Source: Octopus sinensis | Lineage: Eukaryota | Direction: 5' to 3' | Assembly (NCBI RefSeq): GCF_006345805.1 | Contig: NC_042998.1 | Coordinates: forward strand, 73,904,001 to 73,968,000 | DNA length: 64,000 nucleotides | Shown: positions 14,162-28,096 of the stretch, piece after piece | Layout: each line of letters opens with the position of its first letter | How positions within the stretch are numbered: position 1 is the first letter of the stretch | Position numbers and translations under genes: made by a program | Notes under the pieces: generated by a model | Told to the model about the DNA's origin: nothing | Database searches by the model: none | What the model saw: only the letters and a program-made list of their open reading frames with translations

Positions 14162-14304
14162 GGTACTAGGACAAAATCCCACCAAAGACAAAATCCAATC
14201 CCACCATACCCCCAGACAAAATCTCCCTTCCTCACGGACAAAATCTCCTGGGGTATTGTTCTTTCTTTACAATAAAAATATTTTAGGAAAGTGGTCCTGA
14301 TACC
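14162..14304. mobile_element. 143-bp Mutator-like (MULE) deletion derivative
   Basis: Termini GGTACTAGGAC / GTCCTGATACC; 9-bp TSD GTCATCCTA (14153-14161) and GTCATCCTG (14305-14313); four GACAAAATC subterminal repeats on the left arm. Confidence 0.65.
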
Positions 14305-14744
14305 GTCATCCTGTTTTCTCTGTCAAAAGAAAAGCTGAGTACGCTTTCTGATGGAAACCGTCACTTCTGTCGCTGCAGATATCTCCCTTGTTTCACTGAT
14401 AATTCGTTTGCTCCTCGGCAGTTATAGCAAGCTATTCTACTACATAATGATGTATCATACTGCCATGTGAAATCGGGACAAGAATTCTCTATAAATATGA
14501 TATTTATAAATCAATTTATAAATTAACGGCTAATATTTTAATATAAATGATATAAGACATTAGAAGTTGCTATTTTGAGACGTAAAAAACTAAAATTGTT
14601 CCTCATCAGTTTGTCTGTCTCGACATTGATACTCACAATAACTTATATTAAAATTTTAGTCGTAAATTTATAAGCATGCATATACATACATACGGGGTGT
14701 ATTAATGAGTGTGTGCATACATATATGTATGCGTGTGTCTGTGA

Positions 14745-15570
<826 letters not shown>

Positions 15571-16089
15571 GTAGTACGTATGTACATTCACATACGAAAT
15601 CATAAATGCCCACTGTTCCAATAAATATACATCAACAGATATTAAAAACTGTTCCGCCGGATGGTTTCAATGTTTTCTCATTATATTTATTGTTTTCTCA
15701 CTGAACATTCACACAAGTTTCTAATTGTCTCACATGTTACCCTTTTACGTCTTTTTCCCCCCACATCCGGTCTGTTTGCATTTGATGGAGATTTTGATAG
15801 CAATGTTATTCTTAATACTTGGTATATTCAAAGGCGTTGACATAGCTTCTCTTCCCTATCTCTTTTCTGGTTTTTTTCAGCTCAGTCACTGCTACAGATG
15901 GCGTCGTTTTATATATTAAATTGACCGTCACAGCCAACTAATATTTCATAATCATTTTGATAAAGTGGTGATAATGTGTATAGCTATCTGACCTGTAATC
16001 TTCTGTGAATGTTAATTAAGGAGTGTCTTTCTGGGGTTTCTCTCTATCTAAGATAGAGGGCGGATAATTCTGTTCATCAAAACATAAAC

Positions 16090-16720
16090 TTTGTCTTCTT
16101 GAGATTTGCAAAATTACTGAGGTTTCTAGTAATTTTCTATAGATTATAGAATCTTTCTGAGGTCATCAGGTTTTTCGGAAGCTTTGGGAGTGTTTCTCAG
16201 ATCTATAAAATGTGGCTGACATTTGTAGAATTTTTATCGGGATCGTAGTGATTTTTCTGGTGAGATTGGGTATTGAGTTTTTTTGAGATTTGTAGAATCT
16301 TTCTGAACTTTGTAAAAGTCTTTTAGAGATTTTTAGTGTACTTTTGCCACTTTTAATGTTTCTAAGTTTTGTAAATTCTGAGATGCAGAGCTTCTTTCTG
16401 AGATGTAGAGTTTCTTTCTAAGAACTGTAGAATGTTCCTGAATTATGTAGATTCTTTCTGAAGTTTATCTAATTTCACTAACATTTGTCGTGTCTTTCTG
16501 AAGTTTGGAGTGTTTCAGACATCTGTTGTTTTTCTGAAGTTGCAAAGCCTTCCTAAGAATGGTAGAGTCTTTCTAAAGATTATGAGTCATTCCGAATTCC
16601 ATAAAGTTTTTTTGTGATTCTTAGAGGCTTCCGGAGATTTGCCGTATTTTTCTGAGTCTTTTAGAGTTTTCTTAGGATCAGAACTTTTTTCTAATGTTTG
16701 TAGATTCTTTTTGACTTATG
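16090..16720. repeat. Degenerate ~20-22-bp minisatellite (TTCTGAGATTTGTAGAATCT-like)
   Basis: Recurring TTCTGA/GATTTGTAGA/GAGTCTTT motifs with T/G strand skew. Confidence 0.6.
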
Positions 16721-17439
16721 TAGTCTTAGTAAATATTAATAGAGAACATTTAATAATCACAATTACAGGAGTATATTGGTGAGGGTAAATACATCAGTAA
16801 GATGCGTATAAGTTAAGCAGAAATGTCTAAAGGGAGTTGAGTTATTTGGTTTCGTATCTTGAAATAAATACCGATTGTGAGAGAGGGGAAAAGAGAAATA
16901 GAGGGAGTGCAGAGAATTTGTGAGCATTAGAGAAAATAGAAAAGGAAAGGAGACAGGAAACAAAGTAAGGGAGAGAATGTGTGTGTGTGAGTGTGTGTGT
17001 GTGTGTGTGTGAGTGTGTGTGTGTATGTGTGTGTGCGCGTGCGCGCATGCGTTAGATAGAGTAAAATCATTTCTAGTTTAATTAAAATTCGGGAGTTTCG
17101 ACTGTTAAATTATGTCTGTCTATTGACCCTGCAAATTGTGTTGTTTGAAAAACTACAAAGAGAGAGGCGGTTTTCAACCTCTTATAAGCCGCCATCACAC
17201 TCCTTTTGTGATACGTCGAACCAGTCAGTACTTGTTTAATCTTTCGCAATTGTATTTAGAGAAAAGCAAAATTGATTCGGAATTCCTTCAAATAAATTCC
17301 AACATCAACAGACTGGTAAACACACTTCTAGACCGGCCTTTGATAGAAACGACGTTATTCTGTTTTTGAAGCTTCTAGATATTTCTCTGTACCCTTCCTT
17401 TTCTGGCTATATTTTACATATCTCTAGTCATCTCTCTTT

Positions 17440-17826
17440 TATCTTTTATCTTTTGCTTGTTTCAGTCATCAGACCGCGGCCATGCTGGGGCACTGCCTTG
17501 AAGAATTTTTAGTCGAATGTATTGACCCAGTGCTTATTTTCTAAAAGTTTGGTACTTATTCTATTGATAACTTTTGCCGAACCGGTAAGTTACGGGGACA
17601 TAAACACACCAGCACCGGATGTCAAGCAGTGAAGGGAGGACAAACATACAAAAACGCACAGACAGACAGGCACACACACACACATATACGATCAAATTCA
17701 CTCTCAAGACTTTGGTCAACTTGAAGCTACAGTATAAGTCACGTGCCCGAGGTGCTATGCAATGGGACTGAACCCAGAACTATGTGGTTAGGGAGCAAGC
17801 CTCTTACCACACAGCCACACCTGCGT
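17440..17826 (-). mobile_element. SINE group S1
   Basis: Reverse-complement head CACACAGCCACACCTGCG and tail TTTCAGTCAT. Confidence 0.85.
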
Positions 17827-17974
17827 CATTATCACCATAATTTAATATCCACCAACCATCATTGTATTTTATGTACCCGTATTAAACACTCTTGCTAATC
17901 TCTACGTCCATTTAAATATATTTCCTGAACCCCGCCCCTCACATTTATTTGTGATTAAGAGAAAAAAGTAATGC

Positions 17975-18224
17975 TAAAGTTACCTTCTCGGGTTATGCTG
18001 ATTCATAAGGTCTGGTTTCCCGGTTTTATGGTGTATATATTTCCCACCTGGATGGGACGCCGGTCCGTCGCAGCATTACTCATATTTGCCAGCTGAGTGG
18101 ACTGGAGCAACGTGAAATGAAGTATTTTGCTCAAGAACACAACACGTCGCCCGGCCCAGGAATCGAAACAACAATCTTACAATCACAAGTTCAACACCCT
18201 AGCCACTAAGCCACGCGCCTTCAC
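17975..18224 (-). mobile_element. SINE group S3 (GGAGGCGC.TGGC.TAGTGG head)
   Basis: Head CCACTAAGCCACGCGCCTTCAC, B-box GAATCGAAAC, core GGAGCAACGTGAAAT. Confidence 0.8.
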
Positions 18225-19784
18225 TGAGTAAAAGAATGCACTCGGTTAAGTCAAGCTCCAAGATTTGATTGCTGCTTATTTAACCGGACCCCGAATGATG
18301 AAAAGCAAGTTTGATGTCCATAGGATTTGAAACTAGAATATAAAGGACTATTAACTAAATTTTGTCAAACCGCCATCTTTCAATAGCTTCGTAGAGATCG
18401 AATAGCGGTATAGCCCTCTAATAACCGTGCAACCGTCTAATAGTTGTGAAGGCCTCAAATAGCTGTGAAGGTCTTCAATAAACGTTTATATCACTAATAC
18501 CCCAAGAAACTTTCCATAGCGCATGTAGGCCTCTAAAAGCCTACATGCGTTATGGAAGACTTTTAACAGCCGTGTAGCCCTGTAAATAATTGTTGTAGCT
18601 CTCTAAAGGAATTCTAACATCATTTTTTCAACATTCTCCCTTCCTCCTTCAAAACGAATGCTCAGTGTGTTTTTACGGAACGACATCATTATCTTCTCTT
18701 GTGAGAGAAGGAGAAAAAACAGAGGGTGAGAAGATGGGAAAGGACAAAGAGGAAACGGAGAGAGAGTTTTTCAAACAGGTCGGAATGACCTTCGTTTTCT
18801 CAGTGAACAACTTAATAAGTTATGACAACATAAGGTGAATAGTGAGACAAAGAAGAAAAAAAGAGGAAAATTTTAATAATTAATGTTGCAATAACATTGT
18901 CTTTGTTAATGAAGACATGATTTTGAAACGGGTTTCAAGCCTCGTTATTTAGCAGCAGTCATCAGTGGGGAAACTTCACACACCTTGTGTCTGATTTTTT
19001 TGTAGAATCAGTCACGTTTTTCTTTTCATGCACATCTTGCCCAGAACGCTTAATATTTTGTTGTTTTACTGTCACTGTTGAAGTGTTCATATATCTATGT
19101 CTGTCTGCACGAATGCAATAATGATTGTTTGTGTAGATACGTGAATGTAGGTACGTGGATATACGTGTGTAGTTGTACGTATGCATTTAAGTATGTAGTT
19201 GTACGTATGCATTTAAGTATGTATTTAGAAATCTTTGTAATATATTTAGGTGTGTATGTACGCATAATTTATCTAACTATGTAACTATGTAAGGATGCTA
19301 TGCAGAATTTATCTTTCAATGTATCTATGTATGTACGCCTGTCCACTCTGATATATGGAGCTGAAATACGGATATTAACAAAAGTATAATGAAATTATGA
19401 TGTAGACATATAAAAGACTCCTGAAAATAATCACAACCAAAACACAAAACCGATGAACAAGTACATAAAATGGAAAAAAAACCTAAGAACTAATTTTATT
19501 AGATGCCATCAAAAGCAAGGAAGTAACACTTTTTTTTGGAATTTTCATTAGAAAAAAATGGTTTACAAAGGATGATATGATAATAGAAGACAAAATCAAT
19601 GCAAAGAGAGAAAGGGAAAACCAGGAATTAAGCAGATGGATTATATCAGGAAATTGTACTGACTTTAAGTATAAGAGCAGCACAAGAAACATCGCGATAA
19701 CGGTGATCAATTATATGCAACCTTCTAACACCAGGCACTATCTGATGATGATCACACACACACACACTTACACACACACACACA

Positions 19785-19815
<31 letters not shown>

Positions 19816-20020
19816 CACATCAACACTCACAAACCACTATACATGTGCGTGTGTAAGCGTTCCGATAACTTACTGGTTTGGCAAAAGACACTTATAGAGT
19901 AACGACTAGGCTGAGAAAAAATAAATCCTGGTTTTGATTTGTTCGACTACAGGCAGTGCTCCACCATGGCCGCAGTCACATGACTGAAACAAAACAAAGA
20001 TATATGCCATTTTAATCAAA

Positions 20021-20044
20021 AGCAATGCCAGGTATCTCTGCTAG
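20021..20044 (+). mobile_element. Orphan Helitron 3' terminus
   Basis: AGCAATGCCAGGTATCTCTGCTAG followed by T, resembling the AGCAACGCCGGGCGATACTGCTAG-T ends at 25029 and 29405. Confidence 0.5.
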
Positions 20045-20046
20045 TG

Positions 20047-20118
<72 letters not shown>

Positions 20119-20141
20119 TATATATACATATGTATATAACT

Positions 20142-20650
20142 GTGGAGGCGCAATGGCCCAGGGGTTAGGGCAGCGGACTCGCGGTCGTAGGATCGTGGTT
20201 TTGATTCCCAGACCTGGCATTGTGAGTGTTCATTAAGCAAAAACACCTAAAGCTCCACGAGGCTCCGGCATGGGGTGGTAGTGAACCCTGCTGTCCTCTT
20301 TCACCACAACTTTCTCTCACTATTTCTTCCTGTGTCTGTTGTATCTGCATTTCAAAGGACCAGCCTTGACACACTCTGTGTCACGCTGAATCTCCCCAAG
20401 AACTACGTTAAGAGTACATGTGTCTGTGGAGTGCTCTGCCACTTGCACGATAATAAATGAGCTGCGACGTCACTGGTGCCAAGCTGTATCGGCCTTTGCA
20501 TTTCCCTTGGATAACATCGGTGGTGTGGAGAGGGGAGGCTGGTATGTGTGGGCAACTGCTGGTCTTCCATAAACAACCTTGCCCAGACTTGTACCTCGGA
20601 GGGTAACTTTCTAGGTGCAATGCCATGGTCATTCATGACCGAAGGAGGTC
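20142..20650 (+). mobile_element. SINE group S3, long form
   Basis: Head GGAGGCGCAATGGCCCAGGGGTTAGG, B-box; body as at 30600-30790 and 56870-57000; tail shared with 33607-33800. Confidence 0.85.
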
Positions 20651-20652
20651 AC

Positions 20653-20733
<81 letters not shown>

Positions 20734-20736
20734 ATG

Positions 20737-20768
<32 letters not shown>

Positions 20769-20771
20769 TAA

Positions 20772-20849
<78 letters not shown>

Positions 20850-21068
20850 AGTATGTATGTATGTATGTATGTATGTATGTACAAAGGAACATGTAGTATT
20901 TGTGTAGGAGGTAAGTGATTAATTACATAAGGCTCTGATGAAGATTTAAGATGCTACACTAACTTCACGTTGAGTCCCTTATATGGAAAACGGTTGTGAG
21001 CTAATAAATGTAAATAAGTACTTCCTGCTTTTTTTGTCATTCATGTATTAATATGATGTATGCATGCA

Positions 21069-21270
21069 GGGCGGCGAACTGGCAGAGCCGTTAGCACGCC
21101 GTGCAAAACGCTTATCACCATTTCGTTAGTCCTGACGAACTGAGTTCAAATTCCGCGGAGGTAGACTTTGCCTCTCATTCTTTCGGAGTCGATAAAATAA
21201 CTGAGGTCGATGTTAGCGACTTACCCACTTCCCCACGAAATTGCTGACCCTATGCCAAAATTTGAAACGA
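21069..21270 (+). mobile_element. SINE group S2
   Basis: GGCGGCGAACTGGCAGA head, GAGTTCAAATTCC B-box. Confidence 0.8.
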
Positions 21271-22794
21271 GTATGTATGTGTTCAGGTATATATGTGTGT
21301 GTGTATGTATGAATGTATCGGCACGCTAGCGTGAGAAAAAGAAAACATATTATCAAGAATTTCAAGGGTGAATATGAGATGGTAAAAGAGTTAAAGTATT
21401 AATTATCTGGCTGTTAACGGAGCCAATTGGGGGTTGCTTGCTAATGTAAATAGATGCCACTACTAGATCATATGTTGGGAATAAGTCTCTTGCCTTTCAA
21501 AACATACTGACGAGGCACTAAATATTTTTACTGAAATGCCATCTTCGAATAACAGCATGTCTATAGGGTATATTATATGCCTGTGTTGCCCCAAATTAAT
21601 TATAAACGTGTATGTTTGTGTGCGCTAGTTGTGTATATATGTGCAGGTATATGTACGTATGTATCCGTATCTTTGTATGCTTTTGTTAGTGTGTGTTTGT
21701 GTGTCTTTGTGTGTGCGTGTGCGTGTGTGTGTGTGTGTGTGCGTATGTGTGTATGTATGCGTGTGTGTGTGTGTGTGTGTGTTCTAAACTATCTATTATG
21801 GAGCATCTCTACTTGCTGTGAGTATGAAAAAGAATGTTCGTTAGGCGGTGAACTGAAGTGTCATATGAAGGTTCGCTAAAACAATAATATAACACCTATT
21901 GCAAGAGGCGCCCATCTTTGCCTCATCTTTATATAATAAAAAAAATGTGTAAGACCCTAGTTGAAAAGCTACATGTGTGCTGTCCACGTTTAAGAAAACA
22001 ATCAAGCGTTAACGTAACTCGTAACTGAACTGCAGTTATCATGTATAAATGTATGTATGTTTGTATGTGTATTACGTAAGTACGTGTGTGTGTGTGTGTG
22101 TATTTTGTCACACGCACACACACATACTAACAAAAGTATACAAAGATACGGATACATACATACACCTGAACATGTGAATGTGCGTGTGCACATATATACG
22201 TATGCACACTCACACACATAAATGTACACGTCCATGGTGGTGACTTTCTTTACTGTTGAATTCTGGCTTAGGTTCAACAAGCAAGCTTGCAATCGAAGGT
22301 GTTTCAGATCTGATCTTCCTATCATTATGTATATTTAGAAATCCTTATTCAGTGTCATCCCGCTTTACAAACAACAGCTTATGTAAGTATGTGTGTGTGT
22401 GTTTGTGCACGCGCACGTGGGCGCGTCTGCGTGTGCGTGCATTCGTGATTAGAGAGAAATTTGCTTGCCATTTCTTACAAAAACTAATGACCACGCAGAG
22501 ACTCATCTGCTCCCCGAACCTTGTCTCGCTAGAATAGTTATAATTAAGTTACAGCTCTAAGTTTTGGAAGCCATAAAAGATATCTTTTAGATTTCTCTTG
22601 GCAACAAACATGTCTATGGTTTATTGAAAACTATTTTTAAGTTATTTCTTTTATTTCTAATTCATTTATTTGATATTGCTCTTATTTCTCTGATCTTGTT
22701 TATTCACCTAAACTGCTGATTTTACAACAGTTTCTAAATATATATTGGCGAAGGAGGAATCTACATCTACAGCTAGTTAATATAATATCTGTCT

Positions 22795-23400
22795 TTCCTG
22801 ATTTATTGGTCTTTAGCGAAGTGGACTGACACAATAGTTAGCATTTCAGACAAAATACAAATAGTATTTGTCGCGGCTCTGTATGTTTTGAGTTCAAATC
22901 ACACCGAAATCATCTCCACTTTTTATTCCTCCGTAGCCTATAAAATTAAGTAACAGTGAAGCATTGTGATCGATGTAATCGAATAATCCCCTCTCCCTTC
23001 AAAATGACTTGCCCTGCGCCTAAATTAAAAATAATTAGTTGGTAGAATCGCTAAAATAATGAACAAACAGTTTTGAGGTATAGATTATGGTTCTTCGCCT
23101 TCCGAGTTCAAATCCCACCGAGGCCATCTCTGCCATTCAATAACGCTGTGTAACACGATTTTTGTCCTTGCAACTGTTATTTCCTATTTGCTTACTAGAA
23201 AGTATAGCAGTTGCGCACTGTAATCAATGTAATCGACTAGCTCCTTCTCCCAAAATTTCAGGCCTGGTGCCTATAATAGAAAAGAATTATTAAAACCTGT
23301 AGAACATTAGACAAAATGTTAGATGATATTCAGTTACAAACCTTCACGAACTGAGATGAAATTCCAGGCTCGCAAAAGTTGATTAAATCTGATGCCTGGT
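22795..23400 (+). mobile_element. Head-to-tail degraded S2 SINE copies
   Basis: GAGTTCAAATC and GATGTAATCGA motifs repeated at about 245-bp spacing. Confidence 0.6.
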
Positions 23401-23572
23401 TTAACACCATGATCAGGCTCTCGGATAACTGTAGTGTAATACATTGTATTGTAAGCCTTTAAGCTAGGTGTGCGGTCTGAAGATAAATTCCTCTCTTCAT
23501 CCTACAAGTCTGGGTAGTCACCGCCCATTTTATAATAACGGTGTAATGTATACGTGTGCATGTATGTATGTA

Positions 23573-23837
23573 CGTAGTTTGATCAATAAGTATCCGGACT
23601 GTTTTTATAGTAACGAAGCTAAAGCATGCAAAGTAAAGCCACTTGGCACGCATTGACCTTGAACTCTGCTGTGCATACGCACCAAGTTTTAACATTCTAG
23701 CTCACTTTCGCTGTTTGCAGCAGTGCTTCGAAGGAACGTGTGTAGCGTGTGATCATCGCATTGACTATAACAGAGGAAGTTGAGCAGAGAGTCTACATCA
23801 AATTTTGCCAAAAGCTTGGCGATATCTGCTCAGAGGC
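23573..23837 (+). mobile_element. Mariner 5' fragment (TIR plus transposase N-terminus)
   Basis: TA|CGTAGTTTGATCAATAAGTATCCGGAC TIR-like start; EQRVYIKFCQKLG is a typical mariner N-terminus. Confidence 0.7.
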
Positions 23838-23844
23838 CTTGGCA

Positions 23845-24165
23845 ACGTTTTCAAAAAGTTTTCATCGTTGTTCAGAGAGCTGCCTTTCAAGTTTTATGAT
23901 GTTATCAGCCTCATGCATGCAAAACTGGGTCACGGGATGCACTTCGACACTTAGTGGTTAAAAGATGTTGCCGAAAGGATATGATGCGACATTCAAAGGC
24001 ATTTTGGATTTATGTTAAGCCTCTGCCGCCTTGTTTTCGTTTTAATGTAGAGGCGGTCTACGTCACTATTTATGTGAAAATTATGTGTGCTTGTTAGTGT
24101 TGCTCGGCTTTTCACATCAATGGCTTGGATTTCATCAAACGTCCGATCAAGCAGCCCAGTATGTA
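23845..24165 (-). mobile_element. R4/Dong-like non-LTR retrotransposon fragment
   Basis: DEIQAIDVKSRATLT..NFHINSDVDRLY motif (cf. HPKSDVDRLY..GGRGL, post-RT region). Confidence 0.6.
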
Positions 24166-24645
24166 TGTGTGTGTGTCCGTATCCGTATTTGTCTTCCAAC
24201 ACCGCGTGATAACCGAGGTTGGTTTGTTTACGTACCTGTAACTTAGTGGTTTGACAAAAAAGCTCGATAGAATAAGTACAGAGCTTTAAAAAATAACCAA
24301 TACCCTGTTCGATTTATTCGACTAAAATTCTTCAACGTGGTGCACCAGCATGGCCGTAGACTAATATGCCATCAGCATCACTATCATCATTTAACATCCG
24401 TTTTCCATGATGGCATGGGCTAGACGGTTTGATAGGAGTTAGCCAGCCGTTGACGCGTGGTACACTGTGCACCTACCTATTCAGGCAACGTCGATTTGAG
24501 GGAGGAAATGAACTCATGTGCTGCACATGCATTCGATCACTATAAACAAAATCATTTGTGCAGTTCGTTTGGCAAAAAACTAAACACTCACACGTCGTCT
24601 TCGACGAGAGATTCCATTGTGTGTGTGTATGTATGTGTATATATA

Positions 24646-25029
24646 TCTCTCTCTATATAAACGGCAGTTTGTCTGTGCGTGTTTCTGTGTGTCTGTTTGC
24701 TTGTACCCTCACCCTGACCACGGCTTTCAACCGATTCTGATGAAACTTGACACACACATAGCCCAATGTCATAATTCAAAACTAACGCAGCGAAAATTTC
24801 GAAAAGTTCCCCCAGTTCTGAAAAAAATCGATAAATTCGACATGGGGTCGAGAATCAGAAACACAAACCGCAAACTGTCTAGGGGACGCAACTCCACCTT
24901 TTTTTACTCTCAAAAAAAATTTACCATAATTTTTTTCCATTTTTTTGCTATTTTTTGGCTATAACTCTCTAAAAATGCTTTATAGTTATTTCCCTTACAA
25001 ACCTGAGCAACGCCGGGCGATACTGCTAG
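24646..25029 (+). mobile_element. Non-autonomous Helitron
   Basis: A|TC start, CCTGAGCAACGCCGGG hairpin, CTAG|T end, no TSD. Confidence 0.85.
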
Positions 25030-25091
25030 TATATGTATATATATATATATGAGGTAGAAAATATTTTAATGGGGAAACACACGTTGTGGAA

Positions 25092-25429
25092 ATATAGAGA
25101 AAGACAAAAAGATGAAAAAAACACAGAAGATTTGTTTTACAAGATTTAAGAGTATATTAGAGCCATGATAATAAAGATATATACAATTTCGTATAAAATG
25201 AGGTTTTGTTCTTTCAACATAATTGAAGTAAGGACCGGTTTCGCAATATATCTTTTTCAACTCTCAGTTTGATGAGCAATGCGAAACCGCTCCTTACTTT
25301 AATCATGTTGAAAGAACAAAACCTAATTTTGTACAAAATTGTATAATTTTATTATCATGGCACTAATATACTCTTAGATCTTGTAAAACAAATCTTCTGT
25401 GTTTTTTCATCTTTCCTCTTTCTACATAT
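25092..25429. repeat. Fold-back palindrome (~150-bp arms) with a degenerate hammerhead core at the apex
   Basis: Arms are reverse complements (e.g. GATGAAAAAAACACAGAAGATTTGTTTTACAAGA / TCTTGTAAAACAAATCTTCTGTGTTTTTTCATC); apex region UUGAUGA GCAAUGC GAAAC CGCUC. Confidence 0.9.
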
Positions 25430-25450
25430 GTTGTATATATATAATATATA

Positions 25451-25500
<50 letters not shown>

Positions 25501-25506
<6 letters not shown>

Positions 25507-25614
25507 CAACAATATAATAAATAAATAAAATATATGCATATATACATACATATATGTATACACTTACATCTAATGTATATATACATGCATATATATATAT
25601 ATATATATATAATA

Positions 25615-25649
<35 letters not shown>

Positions 25650-26570
25650 AGTACAGGACACCACAAATAAACGTAGAACACAACGAGAAACGAAAACATA
25701 AAATCAAACAAGGAAACGGACTTTTTTTAACAACGAAAAAACAGAGTACAGGACAAACAATACAAGGAAAATTCCCCATCATCAGCTGCCCCTGGTTCGA
25801 CTCAATGCGTGTTTCGAAGGTAAGGGCAGAACACGGCCAGGCCGAAGCAATCCTTCCTGCAAAAGGAATTAAGTAAAATTATTTTGCAGAGGGGTAAAAC
25901 AAGTGACAAGAACAGGACGTAAAAGCAATACAAATGAAGAAAAAACAGTAGAAGAAACAGTACAAATAAAGAATAACAGGACAGGGAACCAACAATAAGG
26001 GCTTTTTTTTAGGCCTAGACGGTGGAAAAATTAGTTAGAACGCATGTGAAAAATCGGCTTGCGAAAGACAGGGAAGTCGATGTATGCTTGTTGAAGCACG
26101 AAGCTGAAAGATAGTTTTAGTAGCCTTCTGGTCACGGCCAGAGAGAGGAGGAGTAGGAGAGAGGGGGGAGAAACCCGAACGGGTGAAAATAAGGAGAGAG
26201 ACAAGTAGAGAGGAAGACAGACAGGCAGGGAGGAAAGGTCAAGTAAAGAGTAAGAGTGCGCGTCATGATTATTCAAATAAAAACTTACTTGGAGAAGCGA
26301 AATAGAGAAATAACGCGTGCGTTCGGTCATATAATAACAATATAATAAATAAATAAAATATATGCATATATACATACATATATGTACATACTTACATCTA
26401 CATGTATATATACATGCATATATATATATGAGTACAGGACACCACAAATAAACGTAGAACACAACAAGAAACGAAAACATAAAATCAAACAAGGAAACGG
26501 ACTTTTTTTAACAACGAAAAAACAAGGAAACGGACTTTTTTTTAACAAGGAAAAAACAGAGTACAGGACA
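25501..26570 (+). repeat. LTR-like ~240-250-bp direct repeats (25501-25754 and 26329-26570) flanking a unique spacer
   Basis: Shared AACAATATAATAAATAAATAAAATATATGC...GAGTACAGGACACCACAAATAAACGTAGAACACAAC...CAGAGTACAGGACA. Copy 1 has an expanded (TA)n; copy 2 has an internal ~33-bp duplication. Confidence 0.9.
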
Positions 26571-26640
26571 TATATTGATTAAAATGGTAAGACAACAAAA
26601 GAATGAAAGAGACCTCGATATTATGTAAATAGGGGAATTT

Positions 26641-26759
26641 ATCTGCAAATGTAATATGTGATAACTGAAGAGATGGCGGCGTGGATATCCACATCAGCAT
26701 CCGAAACTCGAAGTTTTATCATGACTGCATAATAATAGTCACATATTACATTTACAGAT
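26641..26759 (+). ncRNA. Type I hammerhead ribozyme motif (C3-G8, GUU triplet) within an extended stem
   Basis: UGAUAA CUGAAGA GAUG..GUGGAUAUCCAC..CAUC C GAAA CUCGAAG U U / UUAUCA. Stem I continues via a UGACU/AGUCA branch into an 18-bp helix (26641-26658 with 26742-26759). One extra C lies before G12. Confidence 0.75.
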
Positions 26760-26770
26760 ATATATACATA

Positions 26771-26815
<45 letters not shown>

Positions 26816-27079
26816 TGTGTACTTTCTTCTTTAGGCTCTTAACACCTGGTGGGGCTTATAGAGGCGCCGTGTTACATACGGCGTGTCTTAGAAAATTTAA
26901 AAGTAGTGCAGCCTCTGCCTCTCCAAGTATTGTATCACAGCCGATTTCTTCCAGAGAGGGAAAAAGTAGAAGAATCGACCTCACTACAGGACTGGAATTT
27001 TATCTTACCAACTTCCGAAGGGATGAAAGGCAAAGTGGACCTTGGTAGGATTTGAAACTGGAAGACAGGGTGATGGAGC

Positions 27080-27555
27080 GAATACTGTAAAGCATTCTAT
27101 CTCAATGAGAGATAGAAACAGAGAGAGACAGACAGAGAGAGAGAGAGAGCCAGACAGAGAGTTAGACACAGAGAGAGAAACAGAAAAGGAGAAGGGGAGA
27201 GAGAGGGAGTGAGAGAGGGCAGACCGATAGATAAATAGACAGACAAACAGATAGACAGACAAATAGAGAGACAGGCAGACAGCCAGGCAGACAGCCAGGC
27301 AGACAGGCAGGCAGGCAGACAGAGAGAGAAACAGACAAGGAGAGGGGGATAGAGAGGGAGTGAGAGAGGGCAGACCGATAGATAAATAGACAGACAAACA
27401 GATAGACAGACAAATAGATAGAGACAGGCAGACAGCCAGGCAGACAGGCAGGCAGGCAGACAGAGAGAGAAACAGACAAGGAGAGGGGGAGAGAGAGGGA
27501 GTGAGAGAGGGCAGACCGATAGATAAATAGACAGACAAACAGATAGACAGACAAA
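27080..27555. repeat. GA/GACA-rich minisatellite with ~145-150-bp higher-order unit
   Basis: GGGAGTGAGAGAGGGCAGACCGATAGATAAATAGACAGACAAACAG occurs three times; the array resumes at 29406. Confidence 0.85.
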
Positions 27556-28065
27556 TCTCTTATTATAAAAGGCAGATTTTATCTGCCTCCCTTTGGGAGT
27601 TATACAAATCTACAATATAGGATTTCTTCAATTACAATTTACCTAGCATTTTTAAGAGTACAATGCATCGCATCATGCCAGGTCCAGTTTTTAAAATTTA
27701 AACTCCAATTAAGCAAAATTTACAGAAAACTCACATTCTGGTGTGTGTGTCAAATGCTTTTCTTAGTCTGGTTTACACCACACGCAAACGCACACACACA
27801 GTGGGCAACGAATAAAATGAAAGTAAATAGCGACAGAGTGATTTGAGGAAGACGAAACTGAAAGTATTCTGTCTATGACGCTGATAGATACATGAGTAAA
27901 ATGTATGGGAAGCTAAGAGCTAAGAGTGAGTGAAAATGTTCTTGGAAGAGAGTAAAAAGCAAGAGAGAGAGTGATTTGAGGAAGACTTTCATTAAATAAC
28001 CGTAGTGGCTTGTGTTAGTAATAAAGTAAACATACACTCATACATACAACATACATACATACATT

Positions 28066-28096
<31 letters not shown>

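Noticed and set aside
15880-15945. SVTATDG, resembling a cadherin-repeat motif
   Set aside because: The frame closes after about 20 codons and no other cadherin motifs (DxNDN, LDRE) flank it.
18920-18970. Minus-strand CUGAUGA...GAAACCCGUU
   Set aside because: Neither stem I nor stem II pairs.
25765-25830. Possible type II hammerhead (GAAAC...GUC...CUGAUGA on the minus strand)
   Set aside because: No stem I hairpin, and stems II and III are weak and mismatched.
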